Shown in pieces: positions 39,497 to 47,802 of a DNA stretch of 64,000 nucleotides (its first letter is position 1; each line of letters opens with the position of its first letter). The notes beneath the pieces were generated by a model that saw nothing but the letters and a program-made list of their open reading frames with translations, did not search any database and was not told where the DNA came from. The translations under genes were made by a program, and so were the position numbers. The stretch comes from an uncultured Gemmatimonadales bacterium (GTDB taxonomy: Bacteria; Gemmatimonadota; Gemmatimonadetes; Longimicrobiales; RSA9): positions 64,001 through 128,000 of the forward strand of contig CAWCUS010000006.1 of the NCBI GenBank assembly GCA_963798845.1. Reading direction: 5' to 3'.

Positions 39497-40575
39497 TTCG
39501 GGTCCTCGCCGAATACCGAGTGCAGCAGGTCGAGGGATCCCTGCAACGCCGGCCCGACCGTATCCCCGGACACGTTGGTCAACAGCGCGATGGACAGCTC
39601 CCGCGAGGTGTCCACGAGCAGGAACGCCGTCCCGCCAACGCCCACCCCCTGGGCCAGATAGGTGTCGCCGCCCTTCAGGAACAGCTGCATGCCCCGCGGC
39701 GAGACCAGCTCCCCGCCGCCCAGCGCCGCGCCGAACCTCGCCACGTCCGCGGCCGTAGCCAGGAATGCCCCCGCCCCCCACTTGCACGTGTTGTCCACCC
39801 CCTGCGCCGGCCGCAGCCTGCCGCCGCTCTCCTCGTAGTACGCCGCCCGGTTCGGAACGGCCGAGCGCGGGTCATCGATCGTCATGGCGGTCATCTCCGC
39901 CGGCTCGAATACCAGCCGCTCCATCGCATCCACGTACGGGGCGCCCGCCGCGCCCGAGATCACCGCGCTCAGCAGCACGTACCCCCACGACGAGTAGGTC
40001 TCCGCCGCGCCCGGTGCGTGCACCAGCGGGTCGCTCTCGAAGATCTCGAGGGCATCCTGAAGCGTGGCGCAGTGCCTCGCGCTGTTCGCCTCAGCCGGTC
40101 CGCTGTAGTGGCGGATCCCCGACGTGTGCATCCCCAGCTGCATGGCCGTGATGGCTGCCCCCTTGTCCGGAAACGACGGCACGTACGTCTGGACCGGCGC
40201 GCTCGGGTCCAGCTTCCGCCGCTCCATCAGGCGCACGCCCGCCGCCGCCGTCATGGGCTTCGCGACGCTGTAGATCCGGAACAGCGTCCGCTCCGGCGCC
40301 ACCGGCGTGCGCGCCGAGCGGTCCGCGTAGCCGAGGCCTTCCACCCACACCGGCTCGTTCCCCCGATAGACCGCCACGCCCACGCCTGCTCCCGCCGCAG
40401 CGATCCCCCGCAGCGCCGCTCGCGCCGAGTCGATCGCCCCCGCAAACGCGGCGGAGGCCACCTCCGTCACCACCGGAACGCTCTCCTCGGAGCGCGCCCG
40501 GGCCGCGCTGGCACAGCCGACGATCCCCAGCAGAGACGCGATCGCGCTCATTGTGCTCGGACGACCCACGTTCAT
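39493..40575 (-). CDS. Serine hydrolase (beta-lactamase-like), probably exported or lipoprotein
   Basis: SVAK (SxxK), HTSGIRHY, YSSWGY; LLGIVGC near the N-terminus. Confidence 0.88.
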   Translation of the reverse strand: MNVGRPSTMSAIASLLGIVGCASAARARSEESVPVVTEVASAAFAGAIDSARAALRGIAAAGAGVGVAVYRGNEPVWVEGLGYADRSARTPVAPERTLFRIYSVAKPMTAAAGVRLMERRKLDPSAPVQTYVPSFPDKGAAITAMQLGMHTSGIRHYSGPAEANSARHCATLQDALEIFESDPLVHAPGAAETYSSWGYVLLSAVISGAAGAPYVDAMERLVFEPAEMTAMTIDDPRSAVPNRAAYYEESGGRLRPAQGVDNTCKWGAGAFLATAADVARFGAALGGGELVSPRGMQLFLKGGDTYLAQGVGVGGTAFLLVDTSRELSIALLTNVSGDTVGPALQGSLDLLHSVFGEDPK

Positions 40576-40943
40576 GACGCCTCTCCGGACTCCACGGTCA
40601 GGTTCGGGTTGGACCTCAGCGCTGCCACCGCCCGGACGATCTCGTCCCACCCCTCGTTGATCCGCTCCAGCGCCGCCTCGCCGTCCACACTCAGCCGGTA
40701 GTACTTCCGCGCCGGACCTTCCGGCGACGCCTCCAGCGACGACGTCACGAGCCCTTCCTTCTCCATTCGGCTCATCAGCGGATAGATCGTCCCTTCCACC
40801 ACGCTCACTCCCCGGAACGACTGCAGCCGCTTCGCGATCTCGTACCCGTACATCCGCTCGCCCCGCAGCGCGTTCAGCACCGCGAGCTCCAGCACGCCCT
40901 TCCGTGCCTGCGTCTGCCAGTTCCCCACGAATCGCGAAGGCAT
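40572..40943 (-). CDS. PadR family transcriptional regulator
   Basis: QARKGVLELAVL..YGYEI..EGTIYPLMSR..GPARKYY. Confidence 0.95.
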   Translation of the reverse strand: MPSRFVGNWQTQARKGVLELAVLNALRGERMYGYEIAKRLQSFRGVSVVEGTIYPLMSRMEKEGLVTSSLEASPEGPARKYYRLSVDGEAALERINEGWDEIVRAVAALRSNPNLTVESGEAS

Positions 40944-40978
40944 AGGGACACTATGATGCATAAACAGGTAGCTGTCAA
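40941..40978 (-). promoter_or_regulatory. sigma70 promoter (probably leaderless) with PadR operator
   Basis: TTGACA-N17-CATAGT-N6-ATG; palindrome CATAG-GGACA-CTATG at 40941-40955 covers the -10 and the start codon. Confidence 0.72.
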
Positions 40979-41059
40979 TACATGGACGGGCCGCACCGGC
41001 GACGGCTCCGCCCAGGACGGCGGCAGCACAGGCATGACAGGGGCAGCGCGTCGAGGCGG

Positions 41060-41515
41060 TCAGGTCGGCTTGAGGACCATCGCCCAGAGCGCCGACAGCA
41101 GGATCAGGACGTTCAGCGCCAGCAGGCCCCGGTGTCGGCGGAGTAGTCCGCGCAGCTCGTCCGGGTTGGCGCCGCTCTCCGCCCCCGCCTGGAGCCGGGC
41201 CAGCGTCGGGCGCATCGTCGCAATGCCCACCAGGCTGAAGAGCACCACCGCGAGCATGCCCCACACGTTCCACGCCTGCAACGGCACGTGGCCGACGAGC
41301 ATGCCGCCGATCCCGCTCAGGATGGCCAGGCCGGAGGCCGGTCCGACCAGGCGGGCGCCGAGCAGGGTCCCCTGCTCGGCGAACAGCGCGACGTCCTTCG
41401 GCTCGGCGCGCCGGCTGGCGAGCACGTTCATCAGGCCGATGGCCGCGAACCCGCCCAGCCAGCCGGCGACCGAGGCCACGTGAATGAACTTGAGCCAGGC
41501 GTACACCTGGAACAT
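41060..41515 (-). CDS. DUF2269-like four-TM membrane protein
   Basis: LKFIHV..WLGG N-terminus and MVLKP C-terminus; SD GAGGAGG. Confidence 0.8.
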   Translation of the reverse strand: MFQVYAWLKFIHVASVAGWLGGFAAIGLMNVLASRRAEPKDVALFAEQGTLLGARLVGPASGLAILSGIGGMLVGHVPLQAWNVWGMLAVVLFSLVGIATMRPTLARLQAGAESGANPDELRGLLRRHRGLLALNVLILLSALWAMVLKPT

Positions 41516-41538
41516 GGCGCCTCCTCGCCGGGGTTCCG

Positions 41539-42960
41539 TCAATCGAAGCACTCGCGCAGCAGCGCGAGGCCCTCCTCCATCCGTTCGATCTCGACGCCGC
41601 CGTAGCCGAGCATGAGCCCCGCGCGCGCGGCGTCGCCGAGGCTGAATCGGCTGAGCAGCTGCACCTGCACGCCGCGGTCGGCGGCGCGTTCCACCACGGC
41701 CTGCAGCGCGGGGACGTCCAGGCGAAGCGCCAGCGCGGACACGTGTAATCCGGCGTCCGCGGGGACCGGCGCGAGGTGCTCGGAGAAGTCGCGGCGCAGC
41801 ACGCGGAGCAGCAGCCGGTGGCGCCGCTCGTACACGCGGTTCATGCGCCGGATGTGGGTGGCGAATCCGCCATCGTCGATGAACGCGGCGAGGGCGCGCT
41901 GCATCAGCACCGGCGAGTGCCAGTCGGCGAGGAACTTGGCACGGCGCAGCGCCGTTCGGAGTGATGGCGGCGCGATGACGAAGCCGAGTCGCAGCGCGGG
42001 CAGCGTGGTCTTCGAGAACGACCCGACGTAGATGACGCGGCCGGTCTCGTCCAGCGTGCAGAGCGGCTCGATCGGCCTGCCCTGGATGCGGAACTCGCTG
42101 TCGTAGTCGTCCTCGACGATGGCCGCGCCCGTTCGTTCCGCCCACTCCAGCAGACGGAGCCGCCGCGGCAGCGACTGCGCCATCCCGAGCGGGTACTGAT
42201 GGGACGGCGTGGTGTAGAGCAGCCGGACGTCCTCGGGCAGTCCGTCCACCACCACCCCCTCGTCGTCCACCGGGGCAGTCACCACATCCAGCCCCAGCGA
42301 CTCGAACAGCCACGCGATAGGCGTGTAGCCGGGGTCCTCCATCGCCACGCGCTCACCCGGGGCCGCCAGCACGCGCGCCAGCACGTCCATCGCCTGCTGC
42401 GTGCCGTTCGTCACGAGGACGTCCTCCGCCGAGGCCACCACGCCTCGCGAGACGCCGACGTGGCGCACGATCGCCTGCCGCAGCGATGGCTCACCCTCCG
42501 GTGCGCCGTACTTCCCCGCCTCCGCGTCCGTCCGCCGCAGCTGCTGCCCCACCAGCCGCCGCCACGCCCCGTGAGGGAACAACGAGGCATCGGGAACCCC
42601 TGTGCGGAAATCGAAGCGCGCCTCACGCTCGAACCCGCTCCGCACCGGGAGCCTGTCCCATACCGCCCGGGGCCGCAGCGGACCCTCCTCGCCCGGCCGC
42701 GCCGGACCCCGCCCCCGCGCCACCTCAGCCGTCACGAACGTCCCGGCGCCGACCCGGGATTCCGCGAAGCCGCCCGCCCTCAGCCGGTCGTACGCCACGC
42801 TCACCGTCGTGCGCGACACGCTCAGCCGCCGCGCCAGCTCCCGCGTCGCCGGAAGCCGGTCTCCCGTCCGCAAACGCCCGTCCAGGATCGCCTGGCGAAG
42901 CTGACGGTAGATCTCGGAGGCCAGGTTGCGCCGGCCGACCAGACTGACGTGCACCTCCAT
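41539..42960 (-). CDS. MocR/GabR family regulator (GntR HTH plus PLP aminotransferase domain)
   Basis: RLPATRELARRLSVSRTTV, TPSHQYPLG, EDDYDSEF, GSFSK. Confidence 0.95.
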   Translation of the reverse strand: MEVHVSLVGRRNLASEIYRQLRQAILDGRLRTGDRLPATRELARRLSVSRTTVSVAYDRLRAGGFAESRVGAGTFVTAEVARGRGPARPGEEGPLRPRAVWDRLPVRSGFEREARFDFRTGVPDASLFPHGAWRRLVGQQLRRTDAEAGKYGAPEGEPSLRQAIVRHVGVSRGVVASAEDVLVTNGTQQAMDVLARVLAAPGERVAMEDPGYTPIAWLFESLGLDVVTAPVDDEGVVVDGLPEDVRLLYTTPSHQYPLGMAQSLPRRLRLLEWAERTGAAIVEDDYDSEFRIQGRPIEPLCTLDETGRVIYVGSFSKTTLPALRLGFVIAPPSLRTALRRAKFLADWHSPVLMQRALAAFIDDGGFATHIRRMNRVYERRHRLLLRVLRRDFSEHLAPVPADAGLHVSALALRLDVPALQAVVERAADRGVQVQLLSRFSLGDAARAGLMLGYGGVEIERMEEGLALLRECFD

Positions 42961-43128
42961 CGCTACTCCGGTCGCCTCCTCCACTCGGCGTCGTTCATCA
43001 TCAGGATCGGCCGGATCTCGATGGCCCCGCGGGCGCACGGCGTGTCCGAACGACAGCTCCACCACTTCGACTGGTAGCCACTCCTCCTCCCAGGTCCGGC
43101 TCCGTTCGAGGAAGCTAAGGAAACCCAC

Positions 43129-43174
43129 CGGACCAGTGTAGGATCCAATTCCTGGACAATCGAGTGGTCCACTC
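43129..43174 (-). promoter_or_regulatory. Putative MocR-type operator array
   Basis: Minus strand AGTGGACC, ATTGTCC, ATTGGATC and ACTGGTCC at roughly one-helical-turn spacing; includes the inverted repeat GAGTGG-T-CCACTC. Confidence 0.5.
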
Positions 43175-43359
43175 CGCAACCGCCCCGGGACCCGGCGGAC
43201 CACGTTCGACGGGCCGAATTGGCCTCCTGACGCGGCGCGAACGCGTCCGTAGCTTGAATGCTATGCCCGCCGCCGGACCCGGCCGAGCCGCCCCGGACGA
43301 CTCGGCGCTGGCGGAGCTCCGCCCCGGCAACCGGGTGGGCCGGGCCACGGAAGGAAGCG

Positions 43360-43857
43360 ATGGCCGAAACAGGACGAACCTACGGGCGAGGATCTGCGTG
43401 GCGCGCGATCCTCGCCGCTGGCGGGCTGGCGGGCACGCTGGACATCGTGTTCGCGTGCGTCTTCTGGGCGCTGCGAGACGTGGCGCCGCAGCGGATCCTC
43501 CAGTCCGTCGCGGCCGGATTGCTGGGGCGGGCCAGCTTCGAGGGCGGGCCGGCCACGGCGGCGCTCGGCCTCGCGCTCCAGTACGTGATCTCGACGTCGA
43601 TGGCCGCGGCGTTCTGCCTCGTCTCGAGCCGGTGGACGGGGCTCCGGCGCCGGCCGCTGTGGAGCGGCGCCGCGTACGGTCTCCTTCTGTACGTCGTGAT
43701 GAACCAGGTGGTGGTGCCCCTTTCGGCGGCCAACCCGGGCTCCCGCGACCCGCTGTGGGTCTGGATGAGCGTCCTTGCCCACCTGGTGCTCGTGGGGATC
43801 CCCATCGCCCTGGTGTGCTCCCGGGGCGATGAAACACGGCGGCTCCGAACCCCGTAG
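43360..43857 (+). CDS. Hypothetical four-TM membrane protein
   Basis: AGTLDIVFA, ILQSVAAGLLG, GAAYGLLLYVVMNQVVVPLS, HLVLVGIPIA. Confidence 0.8.
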   Translation: MAETGRTYGRGSAWRAILAAGGLAGTLDIVFACVFWALRDVAPQRILQSVAAGLLGRASFEGGPATAALGLALQYVISTSMAAAFCLVSSRWTGLRRRPLWSGAAYGLLLYVVMNQVVVPLSAANPGSRDPLWVWMSVLAHLVLVGIPIALVCSRGDETRRLRTP

Positions 43858-43892
43858 GGGCGGCCCACCACCCCGCACCCTGGAACAGCCCC

Positions 43893-46322
43893 GTGATCCC
43901 ACTCCTGCAGTCGTTCCGCTTCGCCGGCCGCTCTCTGGCGAAGCGGCCGGCCTTTACGGCCATCGCGGTCCTCTCCATCGCTCTCGGCGTCGGCTTCAAC
44001 ACGGCGATCGTCAGTGCGGCCAACGCGCTGCTGCTGCGCCCCGTCGCGGGGGTGCGCGACCCGGACCGGGTGGTGGAGGTGGGGCGGACCCAACATGGTG
44101 AGGGCTTCGACACGTTCGGCTACCCGGAGTTCGTGGCGTTCCGCGACGACGCCCGCACGCTGGACGCGGTGGGGGCGTGGACGTCGAGGCCCCTCAGCTT
44201 CGGGGGCCGCGACGGCGGCGAGCGGGTGAGCGGCATGGCCGTGTCGCCGGGCTATTTCCGCGCTCTGGGGGCGGTTGCCGCGCTGGGCAGGCTGTTCGGG
44301 AGCGAGGAGGGGGCGCGATCGGCGCCCGCCGTGGCGGTGGTGAGTCACGCGTTCTGGCGGGACCGTCTGGGCGGGGACGCCGACGTCGTCGGGTCCACGA
44401 TCGAGGTCAACCGGCAGCGGGTGACGGTGGTGGGCGTCGCCGAGCCGGGCTTCGGCGGGCACCTCCCCATGCTGGGAACGGACATCTGGCTCCCCATCAC
44501 CCGGTCCGACGTGGCGAACCCGAACTTCGAAGACGGCCTGTTCGACGGTCGTGGGGCGTCCTGGCTCATGATCCTGGCCCGGCTGGCGCCGGGCGCCACG
44601 GTGTCGCAGGCCGACGGCGAGGTCCGTGCGATGATGGCGAGCCTCGAGGCAGCGTATCCGGAGAGCAACACCGACCGTGGCGGCCGCGTGATCCCGCTGG
44701 GGCCGATCCCGGGAGGCGGGCGGTCCATGGTGCGGGCCTTCCTCGGCGTGCTGCTCGCGCTCGTCGCCCTGATCCTCCTCACCGCCGCCGCCAACGTAGC
44801 CGGCATGCTGCTCGCCAGCGCCGCTTCCCGGGAGAAGGAGATCGCGGTGCGCATGGCCCTCGGCGCGGGCCGTCTGCGCGTGGCGGGGCAGCTCGTGGCG
44901 GAATCCCTGCTGCTGTTCCTCGGCGGCGGCGTCGGAGGGTTCGCCCTCGCGTGGTGGGGGACGTCCCTGTTCACTCGCCTGCCACTCCCCTCCCCGCAGC
45001 CGATCCTCCTGGACCTGAGCCCCGACGCCGCGGTGCTCGGCTTCGCGCTCGGGGTGGCGCTCGCGACGGGGCTGGTCTTCGGCCTCCTCCCTGCGCTCCA
45101 GTCCACCCGCCCGGACCTGGTTCCGGCGCTCCGGACCGGCGGAGGCGCCGGCCTCCGCCGATCCGGGCTGCGGCGGGCGTTCGCCGCCGCCCAGGTGGGC
45201 GTGTCCCTCGTCCTCCTGGCGTCGGCCGGGCTGTTCCTCCGGTCGCTCCAGCACGCCGGCCGCGTGGACGCCCACTTCAGCGCCGGCGGCGTCGAAGTGG
45301 CGTCGTTGGACCTCGCACTGGACGGCTACGACGACGAGGCCGGTCCCGTGTTCCAGCGCGAGCTGCTCCGCCAGCTTCGCAGCGCACCGGGCGTGGACGC
45401 CGCCGCCCTGGCCATCGACCTGCCGATGGACCTTTCCGCCAACGGCACGCCCGTGTGGCCGGAAGGGTGGCGTGACCCGAATGGCAGGGGGCTGAGCGCG
45501 GACTTCAACGTGGTGTCGCCCGGCTACTTCGAGGCGCTCCGGATCCCCGTGCTGCGGGGGCGGGCGTTCTCGGAGGCGGACCGCGACGGCGCGCCGCTGA
45601 CGGTGATGATCAACGCGGCCATGGCGCGCGCGGTCTGGGGCGATCAGGACCCGGTGGGAAAGCGGCTGCGTTTCGGCGGCCCCGACAGCGAGCTCCGCAC
45701 CGTGGTGGGCGTGGTGCCGGACGTGAAGAACCAGACGCTGGGCGAGACGGTCGAGCCCATGACCTATCTCCCTCTGGGGCAGTATTACCGCTCTTCCGGC
45801 TACGTCCTGGTGCGTGGCCCCGGGATCGGCGCCCGGGAGCTCCGTGGCGCGGTCCTGGCTGCCGACCCGAAGCTGTCGCTGGGCCAGGTGCAGCCGCTCG
45901 AGGAGCTCGCTGGTGTCGGGCTCCTCCCCCAGCGCGTGGCCGCGGTCCTGTCCACCGCCCTCGGCGCCCTCGCCCTGTTCCTCGCCGTGCTCGGCGTGTA
46001 CGGCGTCGTCTCCTTCGCCGTCGCCCGGCGACGCCGCGAGATGGGGATCCGCACGGCGGTCGGGGCCACGGCCGGGGAGCTGGTCCGGCTGGTGGTGCGC
46101 GGTGGGCTCCGCGCCGCCGCTCCCGGCCTCGGGCTCGGGCTCCTCGCCGCACTGGCGGTCGGGCGCCTCGCCCGCGGGTTCCTGTTCGGCATCTCCCCCC
46201 TGGACCCGGTCACGTTCGGGGCGGTGGCCGCGGTCCTGCTGCTGGCGGTCGTGGCCGCGAGCTGGATCCCGGCGCGGCGCGCGGCTGCGCTGGATCCGGT
46301 GGAGGCGCTTCGGAGCGACTAG
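43893..46322 (+). CDS. ADOP-type duplicated ABC permease
   Basis: ALGVGFNTAI, ANVAGMLLA..EIAVRMALGA, REMGIRTAVGA, DPVEALRSD. Confidence 0.93.
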   Translation: MIPLLQSFRFAGRSLAKRPAFTAIAVLSIALGVGFNTAIVSAANALLLRPVAGVRDPDRVVEVGRTQHGEGFDTFGYPEFVAFRDDARTLDAVGAWTSRPLSFGGRDGGERVSGMAVSPGYFRALGAVAALGRLFGSEEGARSAPAVAVVSHAFWRDRLGGDADVVGSTIEVNRQRVTVVGVAEPGFGGHLPMLGTDIWLPITRSDVANPNFEDGLFDGRGASWLMILARLAPGATVSQADGEVRAMMASLEAAYPESNTDRGGRVIPLGPIPGGGRSMVRAFLGVLLALVALILLTAAANVAGMLLASAASREKEIAVRMALGAGRLRVAGQLVAESLLLFLGGGVGGFALAWWGTSLFTRLPLPSPQPILLDLSPDAAVLGFALGVALATGLVFGLLPALQSTRPDLVPALRTGGGAGLRRSGLRRAFAAAQVGVSLVLLASAGLFLRSLQHAGRVDAHFSAGGVEVASLDLALDGYDDEAGPVFQRELLRQLRSAPGVDAAALAIDLPMDLSANGTPVWPEGWRDPNGRGLSADFNVVSPGYFEALRIPVLRGRAFSEADRDGAPLTVMINAAMARAVWGDQDPVGKRLRFGGPDSELRTVVGVVPDVKNQTLGETVEPMTYLPLGQYYRSSGYVLVRGPGIGARELRGAVLAADPKLSLGQVQPLEELAGVGLLPQRVAAVLSTALGALALFLAVLGVYGVVSFAVARRRREMGIRTAVGATAGELVRLVVRGGLRAAAPGLGLGLLAALAVGRLARGFLFGISPLDPVTFGAVAAVLLLAVVAASWIPARRAAALDPVEALRSD

Positions 46323-46406
46323 GCTGCGGGTCGGGCGTTTGCGGCACCGCCGCGGCTGCCCGGGGCGGATCTCGCGGACACGATCGGGCGGTCCCGGGAT
46401 CCCCGC

Positions 46407-47534
46407 TCAGTGAACGGCCACCGGACCGGGGCTGGGGGGTGGCGCGCCCAGCACCTTCAACATGCGAACGTGGGACGCGATCGCCGCGAGAAGCGTCGGG
46501 TGGCTGTGGTACGGGATCCGGTGCTTCCGGGCGACTTCCTCCACGATCGGGCTGATCGCCGGATAGTGGATGCTGCAGACGCGCGGGAAAAGGTGGTGCT
46601 CGATCTGGAAATTGAGACCGCCCACGTACCAGCACAGGAGTCGATTGCCCCGTCCGAAATCGGAGGTCGTCTTCATCTCGTGGACGAGCCAGCTGTCCTC
46701 CATGAGGTCGTCGGACGGGGTCACGAAATGCTCCGGCCCCTCCACCACGTGAGCCAGCTGGAACACGAGTCCCAGAATGAGGCCGGCGGTGAGGTGCATC
46801 GCCAGCAACCCGATGGCGACCTGCCACCAGGCCAGGTCGAGCACCACCAGCGGGACCACGATGGTGTAGCCGTAGTACACCAGCTTCATCGCGATCAGCT
46901 TGGCCACCTCGCCTGTCGGATGCCGGATGTCCCGGTACGGTCCCAGGTCCTTCTGGAGCATGTACTTGTAGTCCTTGACGAACACCCAGAAGAGCGTCGA
47001 CAGGCTGTACGTCGCCAGGCCGTAGATGTGCTGGTAGCGGTGGATCCAGCGGTGCTCCGAGGTGGGCGAAAGGCGCAGGAGCGGCGACACTTCCAGGTCC
47101 TCGTCGATGCCCTGGATGTTGGTGTACGTGTGATGGATGATGTTGTGCGTGATCTTCCACAGGTAGCCGTTCGCGCCCATCAGATCGAAGCTGAGGCCCA
47201 GCCACGCATTGACCCGGCGGTTCGACGAGTAGGCACCGTGCAACGCGTCGTGGGCGATGCTGAAGCCGACTCCTGCCGTCCCCACGCCCATGAGCATCGC
47301 CAGGCCGAGCATCGACCACGGCGAGAACCAGCCGCTCAGGATGAGCGCGTAGGGGACGAACGTGAGCGCCAGAACCAGCACGGTCTTCCGGACCATGCGA
47401 CCGTCCGCCTTGTCCGAGATCCCGGACTCCTCGAAATACGCGCCCACACGCTGCTTCAGCTCGTGCATGAAGCTCTTCTCCGGATCGGTTGCGAACTTCA
47501 CCCGGCGGGTGGCAGAGCTGGCAGCTTCACTCAT
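46407..47534 (-). CDS. Membrane fatty acid (acyl-CoA/lipid) desaturase
   Basis: Three His boxes: HDALH, HNIIHH, QIEHH. Confidence 0.95.
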   Translation of the reverse strand: MSEAASSATRRVKFATDPEKSFMHELKQRVGAYFEESGISDKADGRMVRKTVLVLALTFVPYALILSGWFSPWSMLGLAMLMGVGTAGVGFSIAHDALHGAYSSNRRVNAWLGLSFDLMGANGYLWKITHNIIHHTYTNIQGIDEDLEVSPLLRLSPTSEHRWIHRYQHIYGLATYSLSTLFWVFVKDYKYMLQKDLGPYRDIRHPTGEVAKLIAMKLVYYGYTIVVPLVVLDLAWWQVAIGLLAMHLTAGLILGLVFQLAHVVEGPEHFVTPSDDLMEDSWLVHEMKTTSDFGRGNRLLCWYVGGLNFQIEHHLFPRVCSIHYPAISPIVEEVARKHRIPYHSHPTLLAAIASHVRMLKVLGAPPPSPGPVAVH

Positions 47535-47802
47535 CTTCGTATGGGGCTAGGGGACGAGCCGGCGAGGTTCGGTCAATGAGGCATACCCGCCGCCGTACGA
47601 CTTGTGCCGGGGCTGTGCGCAGCGGACGACGCGCATCGGGAAGTCACCAGCCCCTCGTTCCCGCGCGGTGGGCTCCGGGTCGACCTCGTCGGGCGGCTGC
47701 CGGTACAGCCGCGGGCCGGATGGCGCGCGCGTCAGGGTTACTCCGTTCCTTCTTACAGCGGGGGCCCGTCCGGGGCGCCCGGACCCAGCCGCGGAGCCAA
47801 CC

